This document shows, in pieces, positions 50,371-60,163 of a stretch of 64,000 bases of DNA. The translations under genes and the position numbers were made by a program. This stretch comes from Trueperaceae bacterium. Lineage in GTDB: Bacteria; Deinococcota; Deinococci; Deinococcales; Trueperaceae. Location: contig OZ243913.1 of the NCBI GenBank assembly GCA_965213705.1, positions 1,568,001 through 1,632,000 on the forward strand, written 5' to 3'. The notes under the pieces are model-generated. The model was not told the origin of the DNA. It searched no databases and saw only the letters and a program-made list of their open reading frames with translations. The first letter of the stretch is position 1. The number at the start of each line of letters is the position of its first letter.

Positions 50371-51993
50371 TCAAGTACGAACTTTCTCTATCGCCCGCGG
50401 CCCGCGCCGCCCGAAACGCCGCGCCAACTCCAATTCGCTCAACACCAGCGCCGTCGGGCGGCCGTGGGGGCAGGCCCAGGGCGTGCGGCACTCGCGCAGG
50501 GCGTCGAGCAGGGTTTGCGCCTCGGCACCCGCCAGGACGTGGCCCGCTTTGATGGCCGGGAGACAGGCCAGTCGGCCCAGCACCGTGCGCCAGGCCTCCG
50601 CGACGCTGTTCCGGCCCAAACTGCCCTTGACAACCTCGCTCACCAGGTCGGGGCGGCCCGCCAAAAACGCCGGGACGCTGCGGACGCGCCAGTTGGCAGC
50701 GCCGAACTCCTCGAGCACCAACCCACGCAGGGCGAGTTCGTCACGCCGTTCCTCGTAAGCTTGCGCTTCAACCGCGCTGAGGCTGAGGAGTTCAGGGCTG
50801 GGCAGCTCGAGCGGCGCTTCGCGTGAAAAGCGCGCCTCCAACTCCTCAAACAACACGCGCTCGTGCGCCGCGTGTTGGTCAACGACCCACAGCCGCCCGT
50901 CGCCCTCGGCGAGGAGGTACAGCTCGCGGTAGGTGCCGACGTGCCAAAGCGCGGGAAAGTTCGTCCGCGGTGCGTTGCCGACGCCCTCGAACACGTGCAA
51001 CTCGGGCAGCGTCGGGGCGAGCGGGTGCGCTGCAAGGGCGCTTTCGACGGCGCCTTGCACGAAGGCGCTCACCGCCGCCTCTTGCAAGAACTTGACCCGG
51101 CTCTTGTCCGGCGCGGTGTTGACGAGGATTTCGTCCGGGTTCACGCTCAAGTTGAGAATCCCGACCGGAAAGTGTGTGTTCGTCAAAAGTTCGCGGTAAC
51201 CGTGCAGGACGGCTTTGAGCAGCGCTTCCGGCCACGCGACCGGGCGGCCGTTCACCGCCAGCAACAGCCGGTCTTTGCGCGGGCGCGACAACTCGGGGCG
51301 GGACAACAGGCCGGTTAAAACACGAGACCCGGCCTCGGCGCGCAGCTCGAGCAGCCGGTTCGCCGTCACCGGCCCCCACAAAAACTTGACCGCCTCTGTA
51401 ACGTTGCCGCCCGCCTGCGTCCACTTGGTTTCGCCGTCCACGACGAGCTTAACGGCAAGTTGCGGGTGATGGAGCGCGTAACGACCCAGCAGCGCGACAC
51501 ACTTTTTGGCCTCGAGCGCGCCTGACTCCAGCGCCGCCCGGCGCGCGGGCAGGTGTTCGAACAACCCCGTCACCGTGACCGAAGTGCCGCCTGGGGCGGG
51601 GTGTTCCTGGAGCGTGCTCGTCTCGCCACACGCGCGCACCGTCGCCCCGCCGAGTTGCCCGGCGGGGCGGCTGGTGATTGAGACCTGCGCCGCGTTCCGC
51701 ACCGCGTACAGCCCCTCGCCCCGAAACCCGAGCGTGTCGATGTGAGTCAGGCTCGAGAGTTTCGAGGTGCAGTGGACGTCCACAGCCAGCGGCAGCTCGT
51801 CCCTGGGGATGCCCACGCCGTTGTCGGTGACGGTGATGCGTTTTACACCGCCGTCTTCGAGCGTGACCTCGAGCCGCGTCGCGCCTGCATCGAGGGCGTT
51901 CTCGAGCAGTTCCTTGAGCACGTCGGCGGGCGCGTTGATGACCTCGCCCGCGGCGATTTCGCGGATGAGGTCAGGTGGGAGTTTGCGAATCAT
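50371..51993 (-). CDS. mutL: DNA mismatch repair endonuclease MutL
   Basis: IAAGEVI, ENALDAGA, GFRGE, DQHAAHER, CPHGRP. Confidence 0.96.
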   Translation of the reverse strand: MIRKLPPDLIREIAAGEVINAPADVLKELLENALDAGATRLEVTLEDGGVKRITVTDNGVGIPRDELPLAVDVHCTSKLSSLTHIDTLGFRGEGLYAVRNAAQVSITSRPAGQLGGATVRACGETSTLQEHPAPGGTSVTVTGLFEHLPARRAALESGALEAKKCVALLGRYALHHPQLAVKLVVDGETKWTQAGGNVTEAVKFLWGPVTANRLLELRAEAGSRVLTGLLSRPELSRPRKDRLLLAVNGRPVAWPEALLKAVLHGYRELLTNTHFPVGILNLSVNPDEILVNTAPDKSRVKFLQEAAVSAFVQGAVESALAAHPLAPTLPELHVFEGVGNAPRTNFPALWHVGTYRELYLLAEGDGRLWVVDQHAAHERVLFEELEARFSREAPLELPSPELLSLSAVEAQAYEERRDELALRGLVLEEFGAANWRVRSVPAFLAGRPDLVSEVVKGSLGRNSVAEAWRTVLGRLACLPAIKAGHVLAGAEAQTLLDALRECRTPWACPHGRPTALVLSELELARRFGRRGPRAIEKVRT

Positions 51994-52152
51994 AGGGCTT
52001 CTCTTGACCTAATAGCGTAACACTCGAGACGCATTTTCTCAGTCGTTGCGGTTGCTCACGGTAGGCAGTTGATGGCAACAGCACATACTCGACCCACTTT
52101 GCTAGACATTCATATTGAGGTTCGAACTTGTGTTAAGGACCCAACAAAGTCT

Positions 52153-53109
52153 TCAGTTCAAGCCACGAAACTCGTCAAGGGCGGCGGTCATGGCCTCGGG
52201 AAAACCGGCCCCACCGTGACCGGCATCATCCAGGACGACCAGGTGGCTATCGACCCAAGCGCGGTGCAGAATCCAGGCAGTGTCCAGCGGGCCGGAGACA
52301 TCCCAGCGGCCGTGAATCAGCACCGCCGGAATGCCGGACAGACGATGGACGCCAGTCAACACCTCACCGTCAACCAGGAAGCAGCCGTGGCTCCAGTAGT
52401 GGGTGACCAAACGGGCGAAGACGAGGCGGAACTGCGGGTCCTCAAAGCGCGGGCTCGGTTCCCACCCCGGCATGAGCGAGACATGTACGTCCTCCCACCG
52501 GCACCACTCGAGCGCGGCGCGTTCACGCACCCGCGGGTCGGGGTCGGCGAGTAGTCGAGCATAGGCGGCTGACAAGTCACCCCCGCGTTCAGCTTCGGGA
52601 ACAACAGCGGTAAAACGCTCCCATTCACGAGGAAAGATGCGGCCCATGTCGCGAGTTATCCACTCCGTTTCGCGCCTCGAGCCAGCAGTGACCGCGCCCA
52701 ACACCATGCTTATAACCCGCTCAGGATAACGCTCGGCGTAGACTAGGCCGAGCGTGACACCCCAGGAGACACCCACGACGACCCACCGTTCGATGCCGAG
52801 GTGTTCTCGCAACCGTTCGAGGTCGGCTACGAGATGGTCGGTGGTGTTCGTACTCAGGTCAGCGTCAGGTTCGGAAGCCAGCGGACGACTCCGCCCACAC
52901 CCACGCTGGTCGAAAAGGACGGCTCGGTAAGCGTTCGGGTCGAAGTTGCGGCGCGCGCCGGGGGTGCAGCCGCTGCCCGGCCCGCCATGTAAATAAACCG
53001 CCGGAGTGCCTGAAGGATTGCCTATTTCTTCCCAATAAAGTAAGTGACCGTTGCCGACCTCGAGAGTTCCAGAGGTATAGGGTTCTATAGCTGGATAACG
53101 TTCAGCCAT
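52153..53109 (-). CDS. pip: Proline iminopeptidase
   Basis: ATG 53109 with GAAGGA RBS; LHGGPG, GVSWG nucleophile, HGRWD, AGH. Confidence 0.92.
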   Translation of the reverse strand: MAERYPAIEPYTSGTLEVGNGHLLYWEEIGNPSGTPAVYLHGGPGSGCTPGARRNFDPNAYRAVLFDQRGCGRSRPLASEPDADLSTNTTDHLVADLERLREHLGIERWVVVGVSWGVTLGLVYAERYPERVISMVLGAVTAGSRRETEWITRDMGRIFPREWERFTAVVPEAERGGDLSAAYARLLADPDPRVRERAALEWCRWEDVHVSLMPGWEPSPRFEDPQFRLVFARLVTHYWSHGCFLVDGEVLTGVHRLSGIPAVLIHGRWDVSGPLDTAWILHRAWVDSHLVVLDDAGHGGAGFPEAMTAALDEFRGLN

Positions 53110-53137
53110 CTGTCCTTCTTGCAGCAACCACTCTGCA

Positions 53138-55657
53138 TTACTCCCCCGGCCCCAGCCCTCGAGCCTGTTCCTGCAACTTGTGCAGCAAGTTGAGCGCGTC
53201 CAGCGGCGACAAGCGGCTGACGTCTTGCGATAGAAGAGTGTCCACGACCTCCTGAGCAGAGTCGTTTTGGGAGGACTCGAGGCCGCAAAACACGGCGTGC
53301 GCGCGCTCCAAAACGGCCCCCGGCACGCCCGCCAACTTGGCGACTTGGAGGCCGTAAGCCTTGCTCGCCGGGCCTTGTAAAACCTGGTGGTAAAACACGA
53401 GCCCGCCCGCCTCTTCCTTGGCGGCGACGTGGTAGTTCCGCGCCCGCCCCAAACGCCCGACGAGCGTGGTGAGTTCGAAGTAGTGCGTGGCAAAGAGCGT
53501 AAACGCGCCCACGCAGTCGTGCAGGTACTCCGACGCCGCCCAGGCGAGGGCGAGGCCGTCGTAGGTGCTCGTGCCGCGGCCGATTTCGTCCAACAGAACG
53601 AGGCTCTGCGGCGTGGCGTTTTGCAGGATACGGGCCAACTCGCTCATCTCGACCATAAAGGTGCTGCGGCCCCCGGCGATGTCGTCCGACGCGCCGATGC
53701 GGGTGTAAATCCGGTCGAACAGCGGCAGCGTGGCGGTCTCGGCCGGCACGAACGAGCCCACCTGCGCGAGCAGCGCGACGAGCGCGGTCTGGCGCAGGTA
53801 GGTGCTCTTGCCGCTCATGTTCGGCCCGGTCAGCACGACGAGGTGTTCGGTTTTTGAAAGGCTCGTGTCGTTGGCGATAAAGCTGTGGTACTGCTCGACC
53901 ACCGGGTGCCGCCCGCCACGTACACTAAGCGTGTGGTCGGCGCTGAACGCCGGGCGGCAGTAGTGGCGCGCGGCTGCGACCTCGGCGAGGGCGGCGTAGG
54001 TGTCGAGTTCGGCCAACACGCAGGCCACGTCGCGCACGTCTTGGGCGCGACCCGTGAAGCTCGAGCGCACCCCTTCAAACACCGCGTACTCGCGCCGTTT
54101 GGCGCCGTCCTCGGCGCGCAGGATTTCGCGCTCTTTGTCGCGGACGTCGCTGCGGGTGTAGCGCTGCCGGTCTTTGAGGGTTTGGACGACGCGGTAATCC
54201 TCCGGCACCGCGTCGTAGGAGGGCCGCGTGACTTCTAAGTAATAGCCGAACACGCCGTTGAAGCCGACCTTGAGCTTGGGGATGCCCGTGGCCTGGCGCT
54301 CGCGGAGTTCCAACTCGGCCATCCAGGCGCGGCCCGCTTCGGCGGCGTGGCGCAGGCTGTCGAGGTCACTGTCGAAACCGTCCCGAATCAGGCCGCCCTC
54401 GGTGATTTTCAAGGGCGGGTCGTCCACGAGCGCCGCGCTGATGAGCGCTTGCACGTCGCTCAAGTCGTGGAGGCGGTGGGTCAGGTTGGACAGCGCGCGT
54501 TCGTCCCGGCTGGCGAGCAAGCTTTTCAGACCCGGCAACAGGCTCAAGCTGCGGGCGAGGGCGGTGAGGTCTCGAGCGCTGGCGCGGTCGGCGGCAATTC
54601 GGGTGGCTAGGCGCTCCAAGTCGTGAACTCGGTAGAGCGCCTTGCGCACCTCGGCGCGCAGCACGCCGTCCTGAACAAAGGCCTCGACTGCGTCCAGCCG
54701 GTGTTCGATCAACGTGCGGTCGAGAAGGGGGTGGCGCAACCAGGCTTTCAAGAGCCTGCGGCCCGGCGCGGTGCGGGTTTCGTCGAGGATGCTGAAAAGT
54801 GTGCGCCCGGAGCCCATCGCCGCCTCGAACACTTCCAAAGTGGACAGCGCTACTTCGTCTAAGTGCATGTACGCGCCGGGGTCGTAGCGCAGAAAGCCCG
54901 TCACCTGCGGCAGCGCGCCGCGCTGCGTGGCGCGGGCGTAGGACAGGACCGCACCCGCGGCGCGCAAGAGCGCCTCGGTGTCCGCCCCGGTGGGCAGCGC
55001 GCCGAACTGCTGTGTGAGGGTCGTTTCGGCTTCCGCTAAATCGAAACGCCCCTGCGTTACCATGATGGGGAAGCGCTCGCCGAACAGGGTGCGGAACGCC
55101 TCCTGCTCGTACAGTTCGGGGGCCAGCAACACCTCGGCGGGGCGGTAGCGGCGGAGTTCGTCGAACAGGCTGCTCTTGGCGAAGGTTTGCGAGCCGCGAA
55201 ACTCGCCCGTGGTCACGTCGAGGAGCGCCAGGCCATAGCCGTCGCCGGTCGCCACGGCGGCGAGGTAGTTCGCGTCCGGGCGCAGCAGCCGTTCGTCGGT
55301 CACGGTGCCGGGCGTGATGAGTTGCGCCACCTCGCGCTTCACCAAACCGTCGGCGTCGGCGGGGTTGCCTACTTGGTCGGCGACGGCGACGCGGACGCCT
55401 TGGTTGAGCAGGCGTTCAATGTGCGTGTCCGCCGCGCGAACCGGAATGCCCGCCATCGGGGTGGTGAAGTCCTTGCTCGTTTTGTGCGTCAGGATAATTC
55501 CGAGGGCTCGAGCCAGCTTCTCCGCGTGCTCCCCGAAACACTCGTAAAAGTCGCCCACCTGAAACAGCATGAGGTAGTCCGGGTACTGCTCGATAAGCTC
55601 GACGTACTGCGTCAACAGGGGCGGCAGCGGGCCTTTGCCTTCGCCTTTTAAGACCAT
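53138..55657 (-). CDS. mutS: DNA mismatch repair protein MutS
   Basis: FQVGDFYE, TGPNMSGKST, STFMVE, DEIGRG. Confidence 0.97.
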   Translation of the reverse strand: MVLKGEGKGPLPPLLTQYVELIEQYPDYLMLFQVGDFYECFGEHAEKLARALGIILTHKTSKDFTTPMAGIPVRAADTHIERLLNQGVRVAVADQVGNPADADGLVKREVAQLITPGTVTDERLLRPDANYLAAVATGDGYGLALLDVTTGEFRGSQTFAKSSLFDELRRYRPAEVLLAPELYEQEAFRTLFGERFPIMVTQGRFDLAEAETTLTQQFGALPTGADTEALLRAAGAVLSYARATQRGALPQVTGFLRYDPGAYMHLDEVALSTLEVFEAAMGSGRTLFSILDETRTAPGRRLLKAWLRHPLLDRTLIEHRLDAVEAFVQDGVLRAEVRKALYRVHDLERLATRIAADRASARDLTALARSLSLLPGLKSLLASRDERALSNLTHRLHDLSDVQALISAALVDDPPLKITEGGLIRDGFDSDLDSLRHAAEAGRAWMAELELRERQATGIPKLKVGFNGVFGYYLEVTRPSYDAVPEDYRVVQTLKDRQRYTRSDVRDKEREILRAEDGAKRREYAVFEGVRSSFTGRAQDVRDVACVLAELDTYAALAEVAAARHYCRPAFSADHTLSVRGGRHPVVEQYHSFIANDTSLSKTEHLVVLTGPNMSGKSTYLRQTALVALLAQVGSFVPAETATLPLFDRIYTRIGASDDIAGGRSTFMVEMSELARILQNATPQSLVLLDEIGRGTSTYDGLALAWAASEYLHDCVGAFTLFATHYFELTTLVGRLGRARNYHVAAKEEAGGLVFYHQVLQGPASKAYGLQVAKLAGVPGAVLERAHAVFCGLESSQNDSAQEVVDTLLSQDVSRLSPLDALNLLHKLQEQARGLGPGE

Positions 55658-55726
55658 AGGGCAACTATACCGCGTTGGGTAGGGGGAGTTGTTTATGAAG
55701 TTGCGGGGGAAAGTGTGCCGTAGAGT

Positions 55727-56173
55727 TTAATTCTGTTCAGGCAACTCGTAACTCAGCGTCTGCATGTGAGAATCAGAGACACCTACAGACTGCTGCAAAA
55801 AACCGGCTTTGCTTAAAAATGCCAAGGTGGCCTGATTGGATGGGTCGACGTGGACAGTGAGCTTCCGGTACCAAGTTTTCAGGGTTTCGATAATTCGAGT
55901 CCCATAACCCCGCCTACACAGCGCCGGTTTGACGGCTAACCCCGCGGTGACACACTCATTCAAGCCCGGCCCAAAGTATAGGTCGGCAACAGCTACAAGC
56001 GTGTCTGCGTGTATGACAGCTAAAGTTGTGCCTTCCTCAGGTTTACTCGTGAGAGCAGCCTCGAGCCAGTCATCCCCTATAGGACCGAGGTATCTGTTCA
56101 AACTTTGGTCCTCAAACCAATGGCTGTACTCTTCGAAATGCGCCTCGACGAACAGTTGATACTGAAGTTCCAC
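55727..56173 (-). CDS. GNAT acetyltransferase (lower GC)
   Basis: RRGYG, N...LAFLSKAGF; real start probably GTG 56173, after fabI. Confidence 0.7.
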   Translation of the reverse strand: MELQYQLFVEAHFEEYSHWFEDQSLNRYLGPIGDDWLEAALTSKPEEGTTLAVIHADTLVAVADLYFGPGLNECVTAGLAVKPALCRRGYGTRIIETLKTWYRKLTVHVDPSNQATLAFLSKAGFLQQSVGVSDSHMQTLSYELPEQN

Positions 56174-56220
56174 CCCCGACAGCACTTGACGCTCGGAGGC
56201 GGGAACAGTACTGATGCGCT

Positions 56221-57018
56221 TCAGCTCGAGCCCTCCTCCAAAAACATCCCCATCGCGTGGTAGCCCGCGTCGACGTAAATCGTCTCGCCGGTGACGCCGC
56301 TGCCCAGCGTGTCGGCGATGAGCGACAAGGCCAGGCCACCGACCTCTTCCTGAGTGATGTTGCGTTTCAACATGCTCTTGGCCCCGGCCTCGCCGAACAT
56401 CTCGGCGAAGCCCGAAATGCTGCGGGCGGCGATGGTGCGCAGCGGCCCGGCACTGATGGCGTTGACGCGGACACCTTGCGGCCCGAGGTCGTAAGCGAGG
56501 TAGCGCACGCTTGCTTCCAAGGCCGCCTTGGCGACCGCCATCATGTTGTAGTGCGGCACCACGCGCTCGGCGGCGAGGTAGGTCAGGGTAGTAATGCTGC
56601 CGCCCTCGGTCATCAGGTCCTGCGCGCGCTGCGCGACGCCCACGAGCGAGTAGGCCGACACGTCCATCGCCGTCATCCACTCCTCTCGGGTGGTTTGTAC
56701 GAACGGCTTCTCAAACGTTGTGCCGGGCGCAAACGCGACCGCGTGAACGACGAAGTCGAGCGAGCCGAAGGCGTCTTTCACCTCTTTGAAGAGTGCGTCC
56801 AAGTCGTCGTCGCTCGTCACGTCGCAGGGGACGAGGAGCGGGTCGCGGCAGTCCCCAGTGAGCTTTTCCAGCGTACTTTTGAGCCGGTCGCCCTGGTAGC
56901 TGAAGGCCATGCGCGCCCCGGCGCGGTTCAGGATGTCGGCGATGGCCCAGGCGATGGAGCGCTGGTTGGCGACGCCGAACACGAGGCCCTGCTTGCTGGA
57001 TAGGTCGATGTTGAGCAC
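56221..57018 (-). CDS. fabI: Enoyl-ACP reductase
   Basis: GVANQRSIAW, YNMMAVAKAALE, NAISAGP; GGAG RBS and GTG 57018. Confidence 0.95.
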   Translation of the reverse strand: MLNIDLSSKQGLVFGVANQRSIAWAIADILNRAGARMAFSYQGDRLKSTLEKLTGDCRDPLLVPCDVTSDDDLDALFKEVKDAFGSLDFVVHAVAFAPGTTFEKPFVQTTREEWMTAMDVSAYSLVGVAQRAQDLMTEGGSITTLTYLAAERVVPHYNMMAVAKAALEASVRYLAYDLGPQGVRVNAISAGPLRTIAARSISGFAEMFGEAGAKSMLKRNITQEEVGGLALSLIADTLGSGVTGETIYVDAGYHAMGMFLEEGSS

Positions 57019-57027
57019 GGTTGACTC

Positions 57028-57111
57028 CAAACTTGGTTTAGACCTCAAACTTGAGTTGCACCTCAAACTTGACTTGTACCTCGGCTTGACAACGACCTCG
57101 GCTTGGCAACG
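57028..57111. repeat. 17-18-nt period tandem repeat upstream of fabI
   Basis: CAAACTTG at 57028, 57046 and 57064; ACCTCGGCTTG twice. Confidence 0.7.
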
Positions 57112-57301
57112 TCGCGGTTTGAGCCGAGTTTAACCCAGGAAAGCAGCCGAGACCGCGGGGGAGGCTCGAGCCAAGAGCTGAGACCGACCTCAGCCCTGTT
57201 CCGGGAGACAGTTTTACAAAGTAGGGGTGACTTACGCCTGGCACCGTCAGGGGACAGCCTTGCGTCAATTCAGGCGGACCCGTCGTAAGAATTCTGTTAT
57301 A

Positions 57302-58480
57302 ATGTGCGGTTTAGGCTGGGGTGTGGCTCTTTTTTCTTCTACCGTCACCCCGGCGGCTTCCGCCGAACACCTCAAGCGCCGCTTTTACCTGGTCCTCCTC
57401 AGCGTGCTCGTGGTCTCGAGCTTCGCGAGTCTTTTGCTCTTTACCCAAGACTATTTTTTCGACAGGGTTTTGAGCCCGGCGTTACTCCTCATCCTGGCGG
57501 GCTTGACGACGTGGCTGTGGTGGCAGCCGACCAGCCTGAAAGCGGTCGAGCGCGGCGTCACCCTCGCCGCGGCGCTCAGCTACGCGCTCATCTTGGCGCA
57601 CACGCTTTACCTGTCGTCCGAGGAGGGGGCGAGAGCGGCGTTCTTGGACATCTTCAGGTTGTGGGGGCCGCTCATCTACCTCTGGTCGTACCTGGCTTTG
57701 GGCAAACGGCGCGGTCTCGCCGCCTCACTGGCTTTTTACGCGGCTACTTTGCTCGTGAGCCTGCCGTACTTTCTCTTCTACCCGCTTGCAGACGCGGCCT
57801 TCGGCGGGCGCTATTTGCTGGGCGACTTTTACCTAGCCAGCCTCGCTTACATCGCCGGGCTTCACGTCTTCGCCACTTTTCTCGAGTGGCAGGTCGCGGA
57901 GCGGCTCGCCGCGGAGGCCCTGACCCACTACGCCTACACCGACCCGTTGACCGAGCTGCCCAACCGCCGCTACTTAGCCGAGGCGCTCGAGCGCAGTCTG
58001 GAACGTCAGGACGGCAGGCTGCTGGGCGTGTTGTTCGTCGACCTAGACGAGTTCAAGGCGGTCAACGACCGCTGGGGCCACCAGGCGGGCGACGCGCTGT
58101 TGGTGGCGGTAGCGGCGCGCTTAAAAACTTGCGTCAGGCTCGAGGACACCGTGGCGCGCCTGGGCGGCGACGAGTTCGCGGTGGTGTTGCCCGACTTAAA
58201 GGACAAAGAGGACGCCGCCAAGATAGCTCGAGGGGTGGTCACGGCGCTCGCGGTCCCTTTCGAACTGTCCGGCGGCGTCGCGAGCGTTACGGCGAGTGTG
58301 GGCGTGAGCCTCTACCCGCAAGACGGAACGAGCGCCGAGGGTTTGCTGCTGAGAGCCGACCGGGCGATGTACCGCGTCAAGGCGGGCGGCAAGAACGGCT
58401 ACTGTGAAGACGTCCGCTACGAAGACGTCCGCTGCGAAGACGCGAACGGGGTGCGCCTGCCCGCCCTGGCAGGAGCCTAG
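57302..58480 (+). CDS. Membrane-bound diguanylate cyclase
   Basis: Multi-TM N-terminus, DPLTELPNRR, RLED I-site, GGDEF; exact start uncertain. Confidence 0.9.
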   Translation: MCGLGWGVALFSSTVTPAASAEHLKRRFYLVLLSVLVVSSFASLLLFTQDYFFDRVLSPALLLILAGLTTWLWWQPTSLKAVERGVTLAAALSYALILAHTLYLSSEEGARAAFLDIFRLWGPLIYLWSYLALGKRRGLAASLAFYAATLLVSLPYFLFYPLADAAFGGRYLLGDFYLASLAYIAGLHVFATFLEWQVAERLAAEALTHYAYTDPLTELPNRRYLAEALERSLERQDGRLLGVLFVDLDEFKAVNDRWGHQAGDALLVAVAARLKTCVRLEDTVARLGGDEFAVVLPDLKDKEDAAKIARGVVTALAVPFELSGGVASVTASVGVSLYPQDGTSAEGLLLRADRAMYRVKAGGKNGYCEDVRYEDVRCEDANGVRLPALAGA

Positions 58481-58585
58481 CCGAGGCCGACCAAAGCCGT
58501 CACTTTGTTCGAACGCCGCCGCAAGCGCAAACTTGAACACATTCGACTTGCCGCGCCGGGTGTCGGTGAAGCGGTTGCTCAGCTG

Positions 58586-58722
58586 TCATACGGGTTCCGA
58601 TTGATTCGTTGCAAGCGAATCAATCCGAGCGTAGCGAGGAGGAACAGAGATACGGACGGAACGGTATGGAATAGCGCCGAACGTTTTTCTTGGTGCTATG
58701 GAATTTAGCGGAATCCGCATCT
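58586..58722. mobile_element. Deinococcus-type small noncoding repeat (MITE-like)
   Basis: Terminal IR ATACGGGTTCCG / CGGAATCCGCAT; internal hairpin GATTGATTCG..CGAATCAATC. Confidence 0.6.
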
Positions 58723-58846
58723 CTCGTCCGTAGTTCGTTGCTCGCCTGTCAGACTCGGCCTAGCCCGCCGTGACTTTTCAAATTAACGGCAGCTGGCCGC
58801 GAACCCCGGCCCCGCGAGCCTCCCGAACCCCCACCGCGCCGGCTAC

Positions 58847-59899
58847 TCACCAGTCGTCGTTCGCCATAAGCGTTTTGAAGCGGGCTCTCGCTTCGCCGGC
58901 CTTGCCCTTTTCGCCGCGCGCTTCCCAGGTGTCGGCCAAGCCTTCCCAGGCGTTTTCGCTGTAGGGCTCGTGCTCGGTCATGGTGAAGTAAAAGCGAGTA
59001 GTCGTTTCCAAGTCGCCGTCGTCCAGGGCTTTTTCCGCGGCGGCCTCGAGCAAGCTCAAGTGCTCGGTGTGGAGCCCGGTGCGGGTGTTTTCGACCCAGG
59101 ACGAGTCGAAGCCGAGCAGGTAGTCGCCGCGGTACAGCTCAATGGCGCGGCGGTAGTCGGCTAAGTTGCCGCTCGCTTTCGCCTTGGTGCTCAAGTGCCG
59201 GTAACGCTCGACGTCGTAAGCGATTTTGAACTTGTCGTGCAGGTAGTAGCGGCGGTTGGCCGACTCGATGAGTTCGCCGCCCATCGCCTTGCGCAGCCGG
59301 TACAAGGTGGTGTGAAAGCTGCTCGAGGCCTTGGCCTCGGTCTTGCCGGGCCAGAGCGCTTCCGCGACTTCGAAGGTCGTCACGCCGCTGCGGTGTTCGA
59401 GCAAGTAAAACAGCAACTCCAAAGCCTTGAGCGAGTCCCAGTCGAGCCGTTCGCCGTCGCGTTCGACGATGGGCGACCCCAAGCCCTTGGCCTGCACGTT
59501 GCCTTCGACCGGGCGGAGCAGTTCTTCGATGCGCGTCAGGCGCACCTGCACCGCCTCGACGAGTTCGTCTTTGGTGAACGGCTTGGTAAGGTAGTCGTCC
59601 GCGCCCAACGTCATGCCCTTGCGGACGCTCGAGCGGTCGTCGAGCGCGGTCAAAAACAAAAACGGCACCGACCGGAGTTCGGCGACCTCGCGCACCTTTT
59701 GATAAAAGCCGTAACCGTCCAGTGCCGGCATCGACACGTCGCTGACAATCACGTTGGGATGCAAACCCTCGCCGAGTTCTGTCAACGCGTCGTGAGCGTT
59801 GTCGAAAGTGAGGACGCTGTAACCGGCACTTTCCAAACTGACCTGGGTCAGTTTGAGCAGTGCGGGCTCGTCATCGACGGCTAAAACCAGTGCAGACAT
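58847..59899 (-). CDS. Response regulator with wHTH and BTAD domain
   Basis: VDDE, SDVSMP, DDYLTKPF, LWPG..FHTTLYRLRK, LYRGDYL. Confidence 0.88.
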   Translation of the reverse strand: MSALVLAVDDEPALLKLTQVSLESAGYSVLTFDNAHDALTELGEGLHPNVIVSDVSMPALDGYGFYQKVREVAELRSVPFLFLTALDDRSSVRKGMTLGADDYLTKPFTKDELVEAVQVRLTRIEELLRPVEGNVQAKGLGSPIVERDGERLDWDSLKALELLFYLLEHRSGVTTFEVAEALWPGKTEAKASSSFHTTLYRLRKAMGGELIESANRRYYLHDKFKIAYDVERYRHLSTKAKASGNLADYRRAIELYRGDYLLGFDSSWVENTRTGLHTEHLSLLEAAAEKALDDGDLETTTRFYFTMTEHEPYSENAWEGLADTWEARGEKGKAGEARARFKTLMANDDW

Positions 59900-59950
59900 A
59901 GGTACCTCGGTCGTTCGGTCGGTGTAGGCGGGCGGTTGTTCGGCAAGTCG

Positions 59951-60163
59951 TTACGCCCAGCCTTCGGTAGGGCGGTAGTGTACGAGCGCGCTGTACTCCA
60001 CGCTTGGGCCCAGTGTCGTCGTCGCAAAGCCGATGTCTACGACGACGTCGGTATCTGTAAGCGACGCCAAAAACGCGTTCAAACGCTCTTCGAACAGGTC
60101 GAAGTCGGTCGCGCTGACGAGTTTGCACTTGGCGGCCACGTCGGTAAAGCCACTCTCCCTCAA
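59951..60163 (-). CDS. Small hypothetical protein
   Basis: C-terminal part of track ORF (KLVSA...FEERLNAFL...YSALVHY); start overlaps upstream stop. Confidence 0.6.
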   Translation of the reverse strand: MRESGFTDVAAKCKLVSATDFDLFEERLNAFLASLTDTDVVVDIGFATTTLGPSVEYSALVHYRPTEGWA

